A stretch of 64,000 nucleotides of DNA from Candidatus Ruthia sp. Cpac_8_S14. GTDB lineage: Bacteria; Pseudomonadota; Gammaproteobacteria; PS1; Pseudothioglobaceae. This document shows, one piece after another, positions 1-9,277 of this stretch. The translations under genes were made by a program, and so were the position numbers. Positions within the stretch are counted from its first letter, which is position 1. The number at the start of each line of letters is the position of its first letter. The stretch is from positions 585,380 to 649,379 of the forward strand of contig CP072533.1 in NCBI GenBank assembly GCA_021730205.1, written 5' to 3'. Below the pieces are notes generated by a model. That model was not told the origin of the DNA and searched no databases. It saw only the letters and a program-made list of their open reading frames with translations.

Positions 1-1
1 A

Positions 2-385
2 ATCCAAGGTCAATCCACCTCCAACCCTTGTTCAATTGCTCAGGCTGCTGCTTTAGAAGCTTTAAATGGCGATCAAAACATTATCAACATAATGATTTGC
101 GCCTTTGAGAAAAGGCATGACTTTATTGTTGACGCATTAAATGCAATTGATGGCGTTGAATGCCCTAAATCACAAGGTGCTTTTTATGTCTTCCCAAGAG
201 TTAAAGGATTAATTAGTCGCCTTGGTTTAAAAAACGATATTGAACTCTCTACTTACTGTCTAGAAGTGTTAAACATTGCATTAGTCCCAGGTTCAGCCTT
301 TGGTGCGCCAGACTATGTGCGTTTTTCGTTTGCCACAAGTATGGATAAGATAAAGCAAGCCATTGAAAGACTCAGCAAGGTTTAA
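2..385 (+). CDS. aspC: PLP-dependent class I aminotransferase (aspartate aminotransferase-like), C-terminal part; gene starts upstream of the window
   Basis: Frame is open from base 2: IQGQSTSNPCSIAQAAALEAL...GAFYVFP...VPGSAFGAPDYVRFSFATS, the typical class I/II aminotransferase C-terminus. Confidence 0.85.
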   Translation: MQGQSTSNPCSIAQAAALEALNGDQNIINIMICAFEKRHDFIVDALNAIDGVECPKSQGAFYVFPRVKGLISRLGLKNDIELSTYCLEVLNIALVPGSAFGAPDYVRFSFATSMDKIKQAIERLSKV

Positions 386-386
386 A

Positions 387-420
387 AATATTAGTATTCA
401 AAAAAAAATACTAATATATT
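387..420. terminator. AT-rich inverted repeat, probable bidirectional terminator
   Basis: atattagtatt-N-aatactaatat stem directly after the aspC stop and downstream of the displaced tRNA-Asn 3' end. Confidence 0.5.
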
Positions 421-442
421 AGATAGGATTTTTTTATATTAA

Positions 443-456
443 TGGCTCCCCGAGCT
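443..456 (-). repeat. att core: displaced copy of the tRNA-Asn 3' end (AGCTCGGGGAGCCA)
   Basis: Direct repeat of the last 14 nt of tRNA-Asn including CCA, with one A/G mismatch that still pairs as G-U in the acceptor stem. Confidence 0.75.
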
Positions 457-630
457 ACTCTTACTACGAACCGTGGTTTTTTATATTCCTGACACATTTA
501 AAAAAAAGAGACTCAGAAACGCCAATATTTTCACACTTCAAGATTGGGTAAATACTAACGGCGGACTAATGCTTGATTTGTCTTTATAAAGTGTTAGTTT
601 AGGAGTTTGGTTAGCAGCTAGATATTGTGT

Positions 631-1530
631 CTAGTGTTTAGATTTATATGTTTGTGAACATATAAAGGTTAATCTGTTCAAATAGTGGGTTTTTTTGAAC
701 AGTTGTGAGAATATCGCAGCCACAACATTAACAGTAACCCGCATTACCACAGCACTTGTATTTTTGTCTATTATCGCTAATCTTTTTGCCCTCAGCACCA
801 AACTTAGTTCAATCGTCAAAAAAACCTTGCAACCGCTCGCTTTCAATAGGCATCAACTTACGAATACGATTATTGATCAACATGCCGTGCTTATCTTGCG
901 CAGTAAGAGTAAAGCTTAGTTCGTTGCTTATTTAATCTATCGGATGTTAGTACTGGCACGGCGTAAAGAGCAGTCTTAGGACCACCACCTAATGCTGATT
1001 GAGTTGTGGCCAAGCCTGTCGGGCAATAAACATGATTACCTTGAGAGTCACTAGCTAACTACACCATGTGATTGCTATGCGTCTTTGTTAGCACATAACT
1101 AATACCATCTTGTCTGCTTAGAATGCCAGAGCCGCCCTTGTTATTATTTTGCTTATCACGCAAGCCACGCTTCGCATTAAAATACATCACTTTTGGTTCA
1201 ACAAATTTATTAAGAGCAGGTGCCAGCCCGAATGGGTTGTATACACAATCCTAGTAATAAGACTGTGTACCGCCGTTGCTTTTTAAAATTGCTTTTAACC
1301 CCCTCACCCCTGTTTATCGCCAGTGTCGGGCATAGTCCATTAGTATTGAATATCTTGCCATTTGCACTGTTACTACTTGGGTTGACATTGCCTAAATGAA
1401 TACCCGTTCTCTATTTTGTGGCACGCCAAAATCTTTACTATTAAGCACTTGTCATTCGACAAAGTACCTCAAACTCATCAAACGTGTTGACGATATGCTT
1501 AAACATTGAACTGAAGAATGTAGTTGTCAT
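631..1530 (-). pseudogene. DNA (cytosine-5)-methyltransferase, C-terminal two-thirds
   Basis: Hand translation across lesions gives QVLNSKDFGVPQNRERVFI (motifs VII-VIII, ~1396-1447), AFTLTAQDKHG, RIRKLMPIESERLQGF (IX, ~820-870) and KYKCCGNAVTVNVV (X, ~720-770). Several stops and frameshifts; motifs I and IV not found. Confidence 0.85.
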
Positions 1531-1560
1531 CATTAGCACTCAATAGGTCGCTAAAACTCT

Positions 1561-1904
1561 CTATTGAATTTTAAGCATTTTCATACCCAAGCCATCGCTA
1601 ACTTGATAGCGCACATTAATGACATACGTCTCATAGAGTATTAAATCATTTAACTGTTCAGTAGGATGAAACAGATCATTCATTGAATTCACAAAATAAG
1701 TAGTGGATTTTTTACGTAAAAACGGCTGTGGTAATCCGCTCATGCAGTAGTGTTAATTCAAAACCATTGTCATAGCCGTAAGCGCCCATTGCCTTTAATC
1801 TTTTAGACACTTGCCTCGGCGTAGCAATTTTTACAACCTGACGATACTTTAGTGCATCCAACGGTTGGATTCTAAGCTTTCTCTGCCCATTCTATTTTTG
1901 ACAT
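1561..1904 (-). pseudogene. DUF5131 / phage Gp37-Gp68 family (radical-SAM-like) protein, truncated
   Basis: RBS gaggag then [30 protein letters not shown], then KRLKAMGAYGYDNGFELTLLHE, then QPFLRKKSTTYFVNSMNDLFH. These are the family's three-Cys and FVNSMSDLFH motifs. Confidence 0.8.
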
Positions 1905-2076
1905 GCTGGGCGCTCCTCTTTTACATTCTCAGAATTAATCTCAGCTCTTGATAGCATTTCTAAAATCTCTTATCTTTATTTATCTGTGTCGTTATCAGTT
2001 GAAAAGTAAGGTATTTCAAACGCCAAAGAGATGTCTTTAACGTTTGGTTTAATTGTTAAAACTATTCTATATATCA

Positions 2077-3450
2077 TTACTTTTTCCCTTCAAAAACCCA
2101 GCAATGTAAAACCTTTGTTTGCAATTTTTGAATTCACCTTTTTTATTGCAATAAACTTATGGCGCTTACTGTCACGCAGACTTCGTTGCAGCGCAACAAT
2201 GTCTATTTGCTGTCTGCGTTTATTAGCAAAGTCTTTAAAGTAATTGAGATTAATGGCAATCTTCTCTTTAGGGTCAAAATGATTAAGATTAGATCTGGCA
2301 AACTGGCAAATTCGACCATACTGTTAGAATTAATAACATCCTCGTTGTAACTTTCGTAAAAATTCCAAGACTGCTGAACAACTAAAGTGTCTGAGCTACA
2401 ATCACACTGACGCTTAACTACGCGTTCAACAATAAAACTGTCCCAATTCTTTAGCACCTCGTTACTACAGTTGTGGCACAATTAATTGCAAAGCTTTTCC
2501 AAGCGCCATAACTTGAGCATGGGTCTCAGCAATACGCACTTCATTAATTGTCTCTTTGCGTAGTAAATAATATACTTATCTTGATAAACTTATATAATCT
2601 CACCCTCGTGAACCAAAGCATCATGCAAAAATTGCACACACTATTCGATGGTGTGTGTTTTTAACCGATTAGCGAACGGGCGTAGGTCTCGTTATTAAAA
2701 TGAGCCTTGCTTGCTGCGCATTTAACGATTCGGCTGATAATTTGTGGCGCACCTTCAACGGCAGCATTTTGAGAAATCACAATAGTACCTAAGAATGGGT
2801 CGTTGCTAGTTTCAATGTCTTTATTCTTAATCGTTCTACCATAGGGCTTTTTCACTCTGAATAAGATTTTGATTTGATTCATAGAGAACCTCTTGCAATG
2901 ATCGTTTTCATTACGATCGCTCTCAAGCATTACTACTGGTATATTAAACGCCTGCATCATGGTACGTACTAATGCCACAAAGCTCATTTTCTCTGGATCT
3001 TCACTTTTATAGTTTCAACGGCCAGTTAATCGTCACAAAAATCAATATGCTCACCCCTGCAACACCGGTATATTCCCAAAAAAGAATGCTGCCATGACAA
3101 CTTCTAACTTGTTATGCAAACAAACTCATAAGCCAAAAGGGTAGGCCTGTTAGTGTATTATTATCACCCGCTAATAGAGATCATCAAACCAATTTGGGTT
3201 AGGGGAATGTGTAGCATCCGTTAAAAACTGTTTTAATAGCCTGATTACCAATTTACACGTAGTCGTGTGCTTATTGATGAAGTATTTAGCCATCTTTGCT
3301 TAACACGAGCCTCAACTATGCCCTATGTATAACGCTCTTGAACTGTATTAGTAACAAGCTTTTGTCTGTGAAAATAAACTGCACCACATCACCACTCTCA
3401 AAACAATTAAAGTAGTCGTTCTTAACGCTAAACGACATATCACCACGTGT
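2077..3450 (-). pseudogene. Toprim primase-helicase of P4/PICI-type satellites, helicase/C-terminal half
   Basis: Fragments WLMSLFA..HGS..WEYTGVAG (degenerate Walker A region), NIPVVMLESDR, PFLGTIVISQNAAVEGAPQIISRIVK, THAQVMALGKALQLIVP, NHFDPKEKIAINLNYF and terminal HCWVFE. Order and motifs match satellite primase-helicases as I recall them. Confidence 0.65.
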
Positions 3451-3456
3451 TTAAAA

Positions 3457-3726
3457 TTACACATCGTTTATCTGCTTAAGATTATCAATCTCGTTTATTT
3501 TTTCCTTTAATTCTCGCTCCAGTTTTTCTCTAGTAGGGTCATAGTTATCGCCTCTCAATTCTAACCTGAGTATTTCTGGGTTTATAAACTTTATATTTGG
3601 TTTTAATGTTTGAAAATCGCTATTTTCAATTGAATATAAATATGTAGTTTCGGGCCCGTTTGCATTCCAGATTTCAAATTGCACGCCTTCAATTTCAACT
3701 TTTAACATCGTGGCTAATAAATCCAC
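3457..3726 (-). CDS. Hypothetical protein within the island
   Basis: 89-aa ORF, co-oriented with the island genes, charged C-terminal helix; no family recognised. Confidence 0.4.
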   Translation of the reverse strand: MDLLATMLKVEIEGVQFEIWNANGPETTYLYSIENSDFQTLKPNIKFINPEILRLELRGDNYDPTREKLERELKEKINEIDNLKQINDV

Positions 3727-3779
3727 ATTCTCGCAGTCACAAAGTTCATCTAATAATCAAATTTTAAAACCAGAATAAG

Positions 3780-4028
3780 AAATGGAAAATCTTTAGCGTA
3801 CAATTGAGTCTGGAAATTTACTAGATAATAAAAAAAATTTAAAAACAGAGCTTTCAAAAATTAGAACGCCTAAAAAATTGCTAAACTCATGACAAAAATG
3901 TTGCAAAAACTCATATTTCAAAAAAATTTTTATCAATGTTTATTGAAAATTAGAATATCTGGTGATACTGTAAAGGTGTCTATCCAGACAAAATCACTTC
4001 AACGTGTTCGATTCATAGTGAGTACGAT
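3780..4028 (+). pseudogene. Possible C-terminal remnant of a large serine recombinase reading into the att site
   Basis: Charged coiled-coil-like fragments, then KIRISGDTVKVSI...VRFIVS, running into the tRNA 3' end. This layout is typical of integrase C-termini. No catalytic motif seen. Confidence 0.3.
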
Positions 4029-4104
4029 TGGCTCCTCGAGCTGGGCTCGAACCAGCGACAAATGGATTAACAGTCCATTGCTCTACCAACTGAGCTATCG
4101 AGGA
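4029..4104 (-). tRNA. tRNA-Asn (GTT)
   Basis: Reverse complement tcctcgatagctcagttggtagagcaatggact-gtt-aatccatttgtcgctggttcgagcccagctcgaggagcca folds as a 76-nt cloverleaf with CCA. Confidence 0.97.
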
Positions 4105-4179
4105 ATGAGGATGAAATTATAATGATATATGTATGCTAAAGCAATCTAAAAATCAGTTATTTTTATAGTTTTTTTTAAA

Positions 4180-4467
4180 TTAGTATGGTAGCACTGAAAA
4201 GCCATTGCTAGAGGTGTAACCTAAGTGGCCCCTTTTGCCATAATTCTCAAATTGACCTTTGTAATAAGTGTTTGCATTGCTCTTAGTATAGCCATTTATG
4301 CGCCCCATAATACGTTTTCTTAACTCGTCTGCATATTGTCCATTTGCTCTAGCGTAGCTCTTATCATTATAATCAGAACTAAATAGCATCCAAGAAGTAG
4401 TTTTTGCAATACTTAAAACCAATAAAATTAAACTCAAAAATATTCTTATTATTTTTTTATACTCATA
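4180..4467 (-). pseudogene. Small secreted Gly/Tyr/Asn-rich protein, probable distant paralog of 5002..5541; 5' frameshift in an A-run
   Basis: The ATG near 4466 gives MSIKK then a stop; one extra A would join it to the hydrophobic leader of ORF 4180..4437. Contains KSYARANG and YTKSNANTYYKG, echoing the AYAKG repeats. Confidence 0.4.
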
Positions 4468-4562
4468 TCATATCTTTAGATATGTCAGAAACTACACTAA
4501 TAGGCATTTTATACGCTAATTTACATTAAACAAAAGAGACACAATTGTGTTCTTAATTAGTC

Positions 4563-4915
4563 ATAATGAATAATTATTTTATCGCAGATGTTGAAACTGG
4601 AGAAGCATAATGTTACTCTCTAAAACTTAGCCCAGCATTAGATTTTTCATCCTCATAACCCTTGGCATAAGCATTAGCCCTCTGAAGCATTAGAAATATT
4701 TTTAGTAGAATTTTTATTATTATAATAAAAATCCCAATCAGAATCATTATTCATATCGTTACTATTTGAAAATGAATTCATATTAGAATATGCCATTAAT
4801 TGTTAGCACTTGAAAAAGAGCCCTAGTTAGCTGATACTGAAGTTGCTACAACTACTGTTACAATTATTAATGTTTATATTAATAATTTTAGTTATGTATT
4901 AGCACTACCGAAATT
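4563..4915 (-). pseudogene. Degraded paralog of the 5002..5541 secreted repeat protein
   Basis: Translates to VVATSVSA, SNSNDMNNDSDWDFYYNNKNSTKNISNASE and ANAYAKGYEDEK, nearly matching NNNDMNNDSDWGFHYNNKNKTKNVSNAT and ANAYAKGYADAK of the neighbour. Contains stops. Confidence 0.8.
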
Positions 4916-4924
4916 TATTCAAAC

Positions 4925-4958
4925 ATAAAAAAATCACCCCAAGGGGTGATTTTTATTT
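4925..4958 (-). terminator. Rho-independent terminator
   Basis: aaaaaatcacccc-aa-ggggtgattttt hairpin flanked by A/T runs, 45 nt after the stop of 5002..5541. Confidence 0.85.
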
Positions 4959-5001
4959 AACCTTAAACTGCTAGATTAATCCAGCAGTCAATTGACAAGC
5001 C

Positions 5002-5541
5002 TTACTTAGTAATCACTTGATCACGACTGTCAATTGTTGCATTAGCTTTAGCATCTGCATAACCTTTAGCATAAGCGTTAGCTTGTGCTTTAGCGAATGC
5101 ATCGGCTTGACCTTTGGCATAAGCGTTAGCAACGCCTTTAGCATTAGCACCAGCGGTTCCTGCATATTTACCATCAGCAGTTGCGTTAGAAACGTTCTTA
5201 GTTTTATTTTTGTTGTTGTAATGGAAACCCCAGTCAGAATCGTTGTTCATGTCGTTGTTATTTGAAAAAGGACCCCAGTTGTTAGCGCCGTTAAACGGAC
5301 CCATGTTTGAACCGCCGTTGAAAGGACCCCAGTTTGAACCGCCATTCATTGGACCCCAGTTAGAACCGCCATTCATTGGACCAAAGTTAGAACCACCGTC
5401 AAAAGGACCCCAGTTGTTAGCACCATTGCCATAGCCGTAACCGTTGTTGTTATTACCATAGCCGTTGTTAAAGAAACCAGCTGATGCTGATGTGGCAGCT
5501 ACTAAAGTAGCAATTGCAACTAGTTTTATTGCGTTTTTCAT
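5002..5541 (-). CDS. Secreted Gly/Asn/Trp-rich repeat protein, putative sulfur globule envelope (Sgp CV1-like) protein
   Basis: Strong RBS aggaga, signal peptide ending ASA, six G(G/A)(S/N)N(W/F/M)GP(F/M)(N/D/S) repeats, then AYAKG-type Ala-rich repeats. The Sgp assignment is by composition only. Confidence 0.6.
   Translation of the reverse strand: MKNAIKLVAIATLVAATSASAGFFNNGYGNNNNGYGYGNGANNWGPFDGGSNFGPMNGGSNWGPMNGGSNWGPFNGGSNMGPFNGANNWGPFSNNNDMNNDSDWGFHYNNKNKTKNVSNATADGKYAGTAGANAKGVANAYAKGQADAFAKAQANAYAKGYADAKANATIDSRDQVITK
5263..5424 (-). repeat. Six tandem 27-bp coding repeats
   Basis: Units like ggaccccagtt(a/t)gaaccgccattcatt, in frame, with no spacers. Confidence 0.9.
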
Positions 5542-5650
5542 TTTATCTCCTAATTAAAATTATGTAGTATAAGTAAGAAAATTAACATCTACCTGAACGA
5601 ATAGTACACAACTAGAGAATAGAGTGCAACTCTATTAGTAGACAATAATT

Positions 5651-6901
5651 TTATAATATAGAATCAATAATTGCATCGCCAAACTCAGAACATGACAGTA
5701 ATGTCGCATTATTCATTAGTCTTTCTAAATCATAGGTGACAGTTTTATTTTGAATAACATTAGACATCGCCTCTAAAATCATATCAGCCGCCTCAAGCCA
5801 ACCCATGTGTCTAAGCATCATTTCTGCTGAAAGGATAATTGAACCTGGATTAACTTTATTAAGTCCTGCATACTTTGGTACTGTACCATGTGTTGCTTCA
5901 AATACGGCTGTTGTATCTGAAAGGTTCGCACCTGGCGCAATGCCAATACCGCCCACTTGAGCAGCCAATGCGTCCGAAATATAATCACCATTTAAGTTAA
6001 GCGTAGCAATGACCGAATACTCTTCAGGACGTAAAAGAATTTGTTGCAAAAAAGCATCTGCAATGACATCTTTGATCGTAATTATTGTCCCTGTATTTGG
6101 ATTCTTAAATGATTTCCACGGCCCATCATCAACGATAGTTGCGCCAAATTCATCACTTACCAACTGATAGCCCCAATCTCTAAATCCACCTTCAGTGAAT
6201 TTCATAATATTACCTTTATGTACTAAGGTTACTGAATCTTTATCGTTATCAATAGCATATTGAATAGCTGCGCGTACCAAACGATTTGTACCTTCTTTTG
6301 ATACTGGCTTAATACCAATTCCTGAAGTGTCGGGAAAGCGAATTTTTGTAGTGCCCATTTCATTTTGTAAAAAATTAATGATTTTTTTTACCTCAGTAGT
6401 GCCTTCTTGATATTCAATGCCTGCATAAATATCTTCAGAATTTTCTCTAAAAATAATCATATCAATCTTTTCAGGCACTTTAACTGGCGAAGGCGTGCCT
6501 TCAAAATACTTAACTGGACGCTGGCAAATAAACAAATCCAACGTTTGGCGAATAGCCACATTCAAAGAACGCATACCACCACCTACTGGCGTGGTTAATG
6601 GACCTTTAATAGACACTGCAAACTCTTCTATGGCATCTAAGGTTTCTTGTGGTAAATATTCGCCATAAATATCATTTGCCCTCTCACCCGCATAAATCTC
6701 CATCCATTGAATTGTTTTTGAACCATTGTAAGCTTTAGCAACAATAGCATCAATCACTTTTTTCATCACTGGCGACACATCTACACCGATACCATCCCCT
6801 TCAATATAAGTAATAATTGGATAGTTTGGTACTTTGATAATACCCTTTTCAAAGCTAATTTTTTCACCATTTTTGGGCACTTGAATGTGTTGATAACTCA
6901 T
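5651..6901 (-). CDS. icd: NADP-dependent isocitrate dehydrogenase
   Basis: [63 protein letters not shown]. Confidence 0.97.
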   Translation of the reverse strand: MSYQHIQVPKNGEKISFEKGIIKVPNYPIITYIEGDGIGVDVSPVMKKVIDAIVAKAYNGSKTIQWMEIYAGERANDIYGEYLPQETLDAIEEFAVSIKGPLTTPVGGGMRSLNVAIRQTLDLFICQRPVKYFEGTPSPVKVPEKIDMIIFRENSEDIYAGIEYQEGTTEVKKIINFLQNEMGTTKIRFPDTSGIGIKPVSKEGTNRLVRAAIQYAIDNDKDSVTLVHKGNIMKFTEGGFRDWGYQLVSDEFGATIVDDGPWKSFKNPNTGTIITIKDVIADAFLQQILLRPEEYSVIATLNLNGDYISDALAAQVGGIGIAPGANLSDTTAVFEATHGTVPKYAGLNKVNPGSIILSAEMMLRHMGWLEAADMILEAMSNVIQNKTVTYDLERLMNNATLLSCSEFGDAIIDSIL

Positions 6902-6907
6902 ATTACT

Positions 6908-7320
6908 TTAGTTTGCAGTTACAAACTGCATTATTTTAGCATCTTCCCTATTTAAATAGTATTTTTCTTGCTTGGAAATTTGTTCAAATCCAAATCTTTG
7001 ATACAACTGAAAAGCCTTAAAATTATCCTCTCGAAGCTCTAAAATAATTGATTTATTTAATTGTTTTAGAGCTTCAATTAACGCAGTTGCCACACCTTGG
7101 TTTTTAAAATCATGGTGTGTTGTAATACGAAAGATTTTAACCATATCAGTCGTTTGATACATCACAAAGTCAAGAATTTGATTGACAATTATTGCAATTC
7201 TACTAAATCTCGACGATTAAAAAAAGATAACTTCCAGTGATAATTTTCATCACTCAGTTGATCCAACTGATAAAGCACGTTCAAACCATCAGCATTAGCC
7301 TCTCTAAAAGAAATATTAGT
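6908..7320 (-). pseudogene. rimI: Ribosomal protein N-acetyltransferase RimI-like GNAT, frameshifted
   Basis: C-terminus QGVATALI...ILELREDNFKAFQLYQRFGF...YY..REDAKIM. The N-terminal part (ISFREAN...LYQLDQ) lies in another frame upstream of 7165. Confidence 0.65.
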
Positions 7321-7759
7321 AATTATTTACAACCGAATAGGGTAAAATTTCACGCCATTATGCTCGACATATATTCCTTTAATATAAAGATGTTGACGCA
7401 GATAATTAACCGCCTCAGTATAAACTTGTTGACGAGACTTGCCTTGCAAACAAAATCACCACTTCACCATTTTTTCTAACATGGTACGAAGTCAGTTCGC
7501 TTAAACCTTGGTTAGAACAAGCAATTATTAATAATACCAATATTATTCACGCAACTTATTTCATAATTCTTTACAATCTATTACTTAATTTAACTGGTAC
7601 ATTGTTAGATGTGGTTTTCCGAACGCTTTTATTTAGTCCTCTTCATCAGATATTTCACAAGAATAAACCTCACCAACTTTGAATTTAGGCAAGCTTAGAG
7701 ATGCTAAAAAACTTCTATAATTAATCTAACAATAATTAAAAATTTATTAGAGATTTTTA

Positions 7760-8003
7760 AAAATACTTTGCATCATCAAAAATTGAATCAGCAACAAATT
7801 GCGATTATTCATATACAAATGTTAAAAACTACAGAAAAGCTAAAGGCTTTCCTCAATTAACATTGTCAAGCAAATTGAGTTATCAATCTGACAGCCCAAT
7901 TACCGTGACTGAAACGAATTACAGAGGCAAACACTTTAATATTGAACATTTAGCCAATATTGGTATGACTGATTTACTCGATGGTGTCGACGAGTTATTA
8001 TAA
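7760..8003 (+). pseudogene. XRE-family helix-turn-helix regulator, no start codon
   Basis: Open frame NVKNYRKAKGFPQLTLSSKLSYQSDSPITVTETNYRGKHFNIEHLANIG is the HTH_3 pattern; it is preceded by a stop and has no ATG. Confidence 0.6.
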
Positions 8004-8019
8004 AAAATATTGATAGGCT

Positions 8020-9270
8020 TTATTATTGGTTTCATTTTGATAAAAATAGCCTAACTTATCAAATTTTTGCTCAAGTTTAGATGCATCACTGGCTTGTAAA
8101 CCAATTAGTATACGACCAAAATCAGCACCATGATTACGATAGTGAAATAATGAAATATTCCAATAACTACCAATTTTTTTAGGAAATTAAACAAAGTACC
8201 TGGTCGTTCAGGAAATTAAAAACAATAAATTACTTCATTTTCACAAGTTGCACGACTACCTACCACATAATGAATGTGTATTTTTACAATTGAATTATCA
8301 CTCATGTCTAAACACATCAAATGATTTTGATAGCTTGTTCAATAAGGCTTTCTTTTCGCTTAATCCCTCATTCAAAGCCACGCCAACAAAAATGCGTGCT
8401 TGAGTATCAGATTCAAAACGATAATTAAACTTAGTCATTACGTGATTGTCTAACATCTGACAGAATATTAAAAACTCCCTAATTTTTCATCAATAGTAAC
8501 GGCAATAATGGTTTCATTATGCTCACCCAAATCAGCACGTTCCAAAATATAACGTAAATGGTCAAAATTGATATTTGCACCTGATACGATTGAGATAATG
8601 TTCTCATTTTTTATATTGTTATTTTCAATATGTTTAGTTGCCACGCCCATCAGCAAAACACCCTACATCTTTTAATACCACATGGTTGTTTTTCAATGCT
8701 TGATAAAGTGTGGGTGAATCTTCCGGCTCAACACTAATTACTTTAATATTGGGTGCACAATGCTTGATATAAGTCGCCATACTAGAAGTTAAGCCACCGC
8801 CACCAATAGGAATAAAAACCTTATCCATACTTGGCAATTGCTCTAATAATTCCTTAGCAATAGTTGTCTCTCCTGCCATAACCTCAACATCATCAAAGGT
8901 GTGAATAAAGACTAATCTTGGCTTTTTTTCTAACTGTTTTAGCATATTGATAGGCATCATCATACAACATCACCACGTAGAACAACTTTTGCGCCTAATT
9001 GCTCAACAGCACTAACTTTAATCCTAGGCGTTGAAAGTGGCATAACAATAATTGCACTAATGCCTAATTTTTTAGCAGATAGGGCAAACACCCTGTGCGT
9101 GATTACCTGCACTCGACGCTACGACACCTTATAGAGGCTTGCTTGGCCAGATAGGTTTGAAATTTAAAGGTGTGAATAGCTAGTTTATCTTCTCTTCTAA
9201 GATGAGTTCTGTTACAAGTGCGCTTAGACAATGGCGTAACACTTGCCACCTCATAAACACATGTATCGTT
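8020..9270 (-). pseudogene. ilvA: Biosynthetic threonine dehydratase, heavily fragmented
   Basis: VYEVASVTPL, IHTFDDVEVMAG, VFIPIGGGGL, ISVEPEDS, VGCFADG, SGANINFDHLRYILERADLGE and FPERPG/LFHYRNHGADFGRILIG (ACT-like domains) spread over many frames. Confidence 0.92.
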
Positions 9271-9277
9271 TGCCAAA

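Larger units (their letters stand above)
443..4042. mobile_element. Decayed integrative element (phage-satellite/PICI-like) inserted at the tRNA-Asn 3' end
   Basis: tggctccccgagct (443-456) matches tggctcctcgagct (4029-4042, tRNA 3' end) at 13/14. The interior holds primase-helicase, DUF5131 and C5-MTase relics. Confidence 0.8.

Noticed and set aside
460-620. Second recombinase C-terminal remnant at the left att end
   Set aside because: Only short, non-diagnostic translated fragments; cannot be supported.
3889-4122. 77-aa ORF as a functional gene
   Set aside because: It runs antisense through tRNA-Asn. Only its 5' part is kept, as a possible recombinase remnant.
5263-5424. CRISPR-like 27-bp periodicity
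   Set aside because: The units are contiguous with no unique spacers, lie in frame inside a signal-peptide protein, and no cas genes are present.
5017-5434. Plus-strand ORFs 5017..5265 and 5243..5434 with Pro-rich repeats
   Set aside because: Antisense shadows of the repeat gene.
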